A DNA stretch of 61,968 nt, filler included, from Rhabdomonas costata (taxonomy: Eukaryota), in NCBI GenBank assembly GCA_019059605.1. It is 23 parts of 23 records of this genome, joined end to end, with 100 filler letters (N's around TTAATTAATTAA, not from the genome) between each part and the next. Parts side by side here need not be neighbours in the genome. Positions count along the whole stretch, not along the records: positions 59,377 to 61,968 come from JAHMHO010002712.1; 22 more parts are not named here. One strand, written 5' to 3'. How positions within the stretch are numbered: position 1 is the first letter of the stretch; each line of letters begins with the position of its first letter. Below, one piece after another: positions 59,796 through 61,968 of this stretch. The translations under genes were made by a program, and so were the position numbers. The notes beneath the pieces are model-generated. The model was not told the origin of the DNA. It searched no databases and saw only the letters and a program-made list of their open reading frames with translations.

Positions 59796-61555
59796 GCGGC
59801 CTTACGGTCGGAGAGCTCCAGAAAAGCTGCCGGAGAAGAGTCCATCAAGGTGGGGGTCATTGGGTGAATCGCGGAAGAGCTTGAGGTCCAGTGCAACCGC
59901 AAGCCGTCCGAGGAACCCGCATTGCTGCGCTCGGTAAGTGGCAGAGTGCCCGTCGCCCCAGAAGGCAGGAAGTGCTTGAACTTTTCCAGGCTTTCCACCA
60001 TCATCCCGAAGCTTCTCTGCAGCCTGCTCAGTTCCGTGGAAACGGAAAGGGCCTGCTGAAGGTCGTCCAGTTGCATTGCAGCAACCAGGGCCATCTTCCG
60101 CGAAAGTTTGCGGAAAACCTTCCCGACCCGATAGACTATCAGCGAGACCCCAACCAAGCACCCAATCATTACTGCCACGGCAAGTCCCTCAGAGTGAATC
60201 ACAGTATTGCGAATGCTGGACGTCGTTGCCGCATTCAGCTCGATCCGTGCCACCCAACTCTCAAAAAGCATCTGCAGGGAATCTTGTAGATCCCGCGTAA
60301 CATTGGATAAGATGTGCCCTTCAGATATGACAGAAGCGAGATGCTCAGACGATGAGCTGACCTTATCCTGGAACTGCAGTTTTGGGGTGAGTTGAAAGGC
60401 TAGCCAGAGCAAGCCTCTGCGGGAAAGCGTCAGAGTGCAGTAGAGGTATACGGTACCATTCCATGCGAATTCCGAACAGTTGGTAGAGACATGCTCCAAA
60501 GATCCAAAGGACGAAACCAGTTCGGCGACACAGGCTTGAACCAATGGACTTGGAAACTCCTCCACAGAAAAAGGAACCAGACCCTCCGAAGAGCTTCCGT
60601 TGGTAAAGAGGGGAAGGTCCTGAAAAGTGTGAGTTAAGACAGCACGATTATGCCTTAAGTCCAGGATGAACGCTCTGGAGCTTGCGGAGACCAGGCTCCG
60701 CTTCAGTGTCGAGCCCAAGAAGCCCATGTCCATGTCGGCACCAAAGACCCCGGTAATGCTCGCCCCATCTATCGAGGCTACCCACCGCGAGTACAGAAGC
60801 TCGGGTGGCTTTTCCTTCCCCTCCAACAGATCCGTGAAAACACTGGGGGCCCATAAAACCCCGCTTTCTAGGAAAGAAGACTGCTCGTATTCCGGGTAGG
60901 TCTCTGTTGTGGCGTCAGCATCCTTCCAAAGAAAGTTCTGCACGGTTATTAGGGTGTCAGCACCCCAATAAACATATCGTTGGTCGTTGCCCATCGCATA
61001 AAACGTGTAGTTGGAGGAGCTGCCCCACCCGCACTCTGTCCATCGCCCTGCCATCACAGGGTTCGGCTCATCATAATAAATGTATTTGAAATGCGAAGCA
61101 AAGAATTGGGTTTGCTCCAAGAACTGCACCATGAACCCTCTCAATGTAAGCTGAAGGGAGTGCAGGTTGCAGGACTTGAGGAAGCCCATCTTCCAAGCCT
61201 CAAGAAGGGCCTCCGTGGCTCCCTCCGCGGCATCCAGACGGTGGCTCAAGGTGACACCAACCCGTTGCATGGTCAGCGAATGCAGCTCATGTACAGCCAC
61301 TGTTATTCTCTCGTGCATCCCTTCTGTGGCTTGCAGTGCTTGCTGGCAAGCGGCATCGCAAATATTAGACGCCTCGGTGACAGTGGCGACGTCCCTCTGG
61401 GATGAGGTCGTGATATCTCGAGCGGAGCTCGTGGCGGTGCCCGCCCACTGCAGCGCCGTGAAGGCATAAAGAGAGTAAAACCCCGCAAGAACAATCGCGG
61501 GAAGAAAAGCGAGAATAATTGTGGCAACCGCAGCGAACAGGAGGCGCAGCTTCAT
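59796..61555 (-). CDS. Receptor-type protein: TM, Cache-like ectodomain, TM, HAMP/linker (receptor adenylate/guanylate cyclase family), first exon
   Basis: N-terminal TM, ectodomain (W..S...GVFGADMDMGFL...AFILD), second TM, then LSRKMALVAAMQLDD...ELSRLQRSFGMMVESLEKFKHFLP, the HAMP-to-cyclase linker typical of discoban receptor cyclases. Probable donor gtacgt at 59795. Confidence 0.75.
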
Positions 61556-61968
61556 TGCACTGAAAAAAGTCTGCGCGATGGGTCCAAAATGCGCAAATCG
61601 TTCAAAAAACCTGCTTTCATCCAGCTACCGCATTCCTGGTTCTAAGCAATAGCTCACACCTCGATTGAACATCAATTTTCCTCACACCACAGCTCCGCTA
61701 GAGATCAACCTTGTCCATGCCTTCTTGTCTCCTTTCTTTGAGCTGGGACGCTGGGATGCTGTTGTGCATGCTTCCGCTGAATTCATTTCTCTCGGGAACG
61801 TAGGATGGCACCACCACAACAAATTTGTGTGCCTCTGTCTTCGATGACTGAAAACAAGACGTACGAGTTTCATATATGCCAATTCTAAAAGCAGGCACAA
61901 GCAGTCAAAAGACCACCGCGCCTTAAAAGCCTTAAAAGCGATCTGCACATCAACTACACCCCCCCACC

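Noticed and set aside
1..61968. Apparent cluster of kinase, LRR, metacaspase, methyltransferases and helicase as a defence or signalling system
   Set aside because: The genes lie on separate contigs, so their adjacency is an artefact of concatenation.

Overview
This window is not one locus. It is 23 unrelated contigs of about 2.6 kb, joined by identical 100-nt artificial linkers (N44-TTAATTAATTAA-N44), so no gene-neighbourhood inference is valid across linkers. The DNA is from an intron-rich eukaryote using the standard code. Most introns are GT-AG with a GTGYG/GTAYG donor, several probable GC-AG introns occur, and (CA)n microsatellites are abundant. The gene content (HAMP-linker receptor/adenylate-cyclase-type proteins, membrane histidine kinase, metacaspase, MORN and CTF-P repeat proteins) and acceptor-like AGs just before start codons suggest a euglenozoan, probably a euglenid; this is inference. 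Hand-spliced gene fragments include: LMBRD2, a metacaspase whose catalytic Cys is replaced by Ala, a CTL/SLC44 transporter, a MORN protein, a disintegrin-like Cys-repeat protein, a histidine kinase, an intronless LRR array, a bacterial-like sulfurtransferase, a MOLO-1/TPM-like protein, an animal-type phosphomevalonate kinase, an ausD-like methyltransferase, a CorA-like transporter, a large beta-rich repeat protein, an MGCC-DEP protein, an SNF2 helicase fragment, ER-type H6PD, an ABCD transporter and a degenerate CRE-like retroelement. The best leads are the pseudo-metacaspase and repeated signs of nested or interleaved genes. I see no prokaryote-style operon, CRISPR array or RNA gene. Family assignments are from recalled motifs, not database searches.
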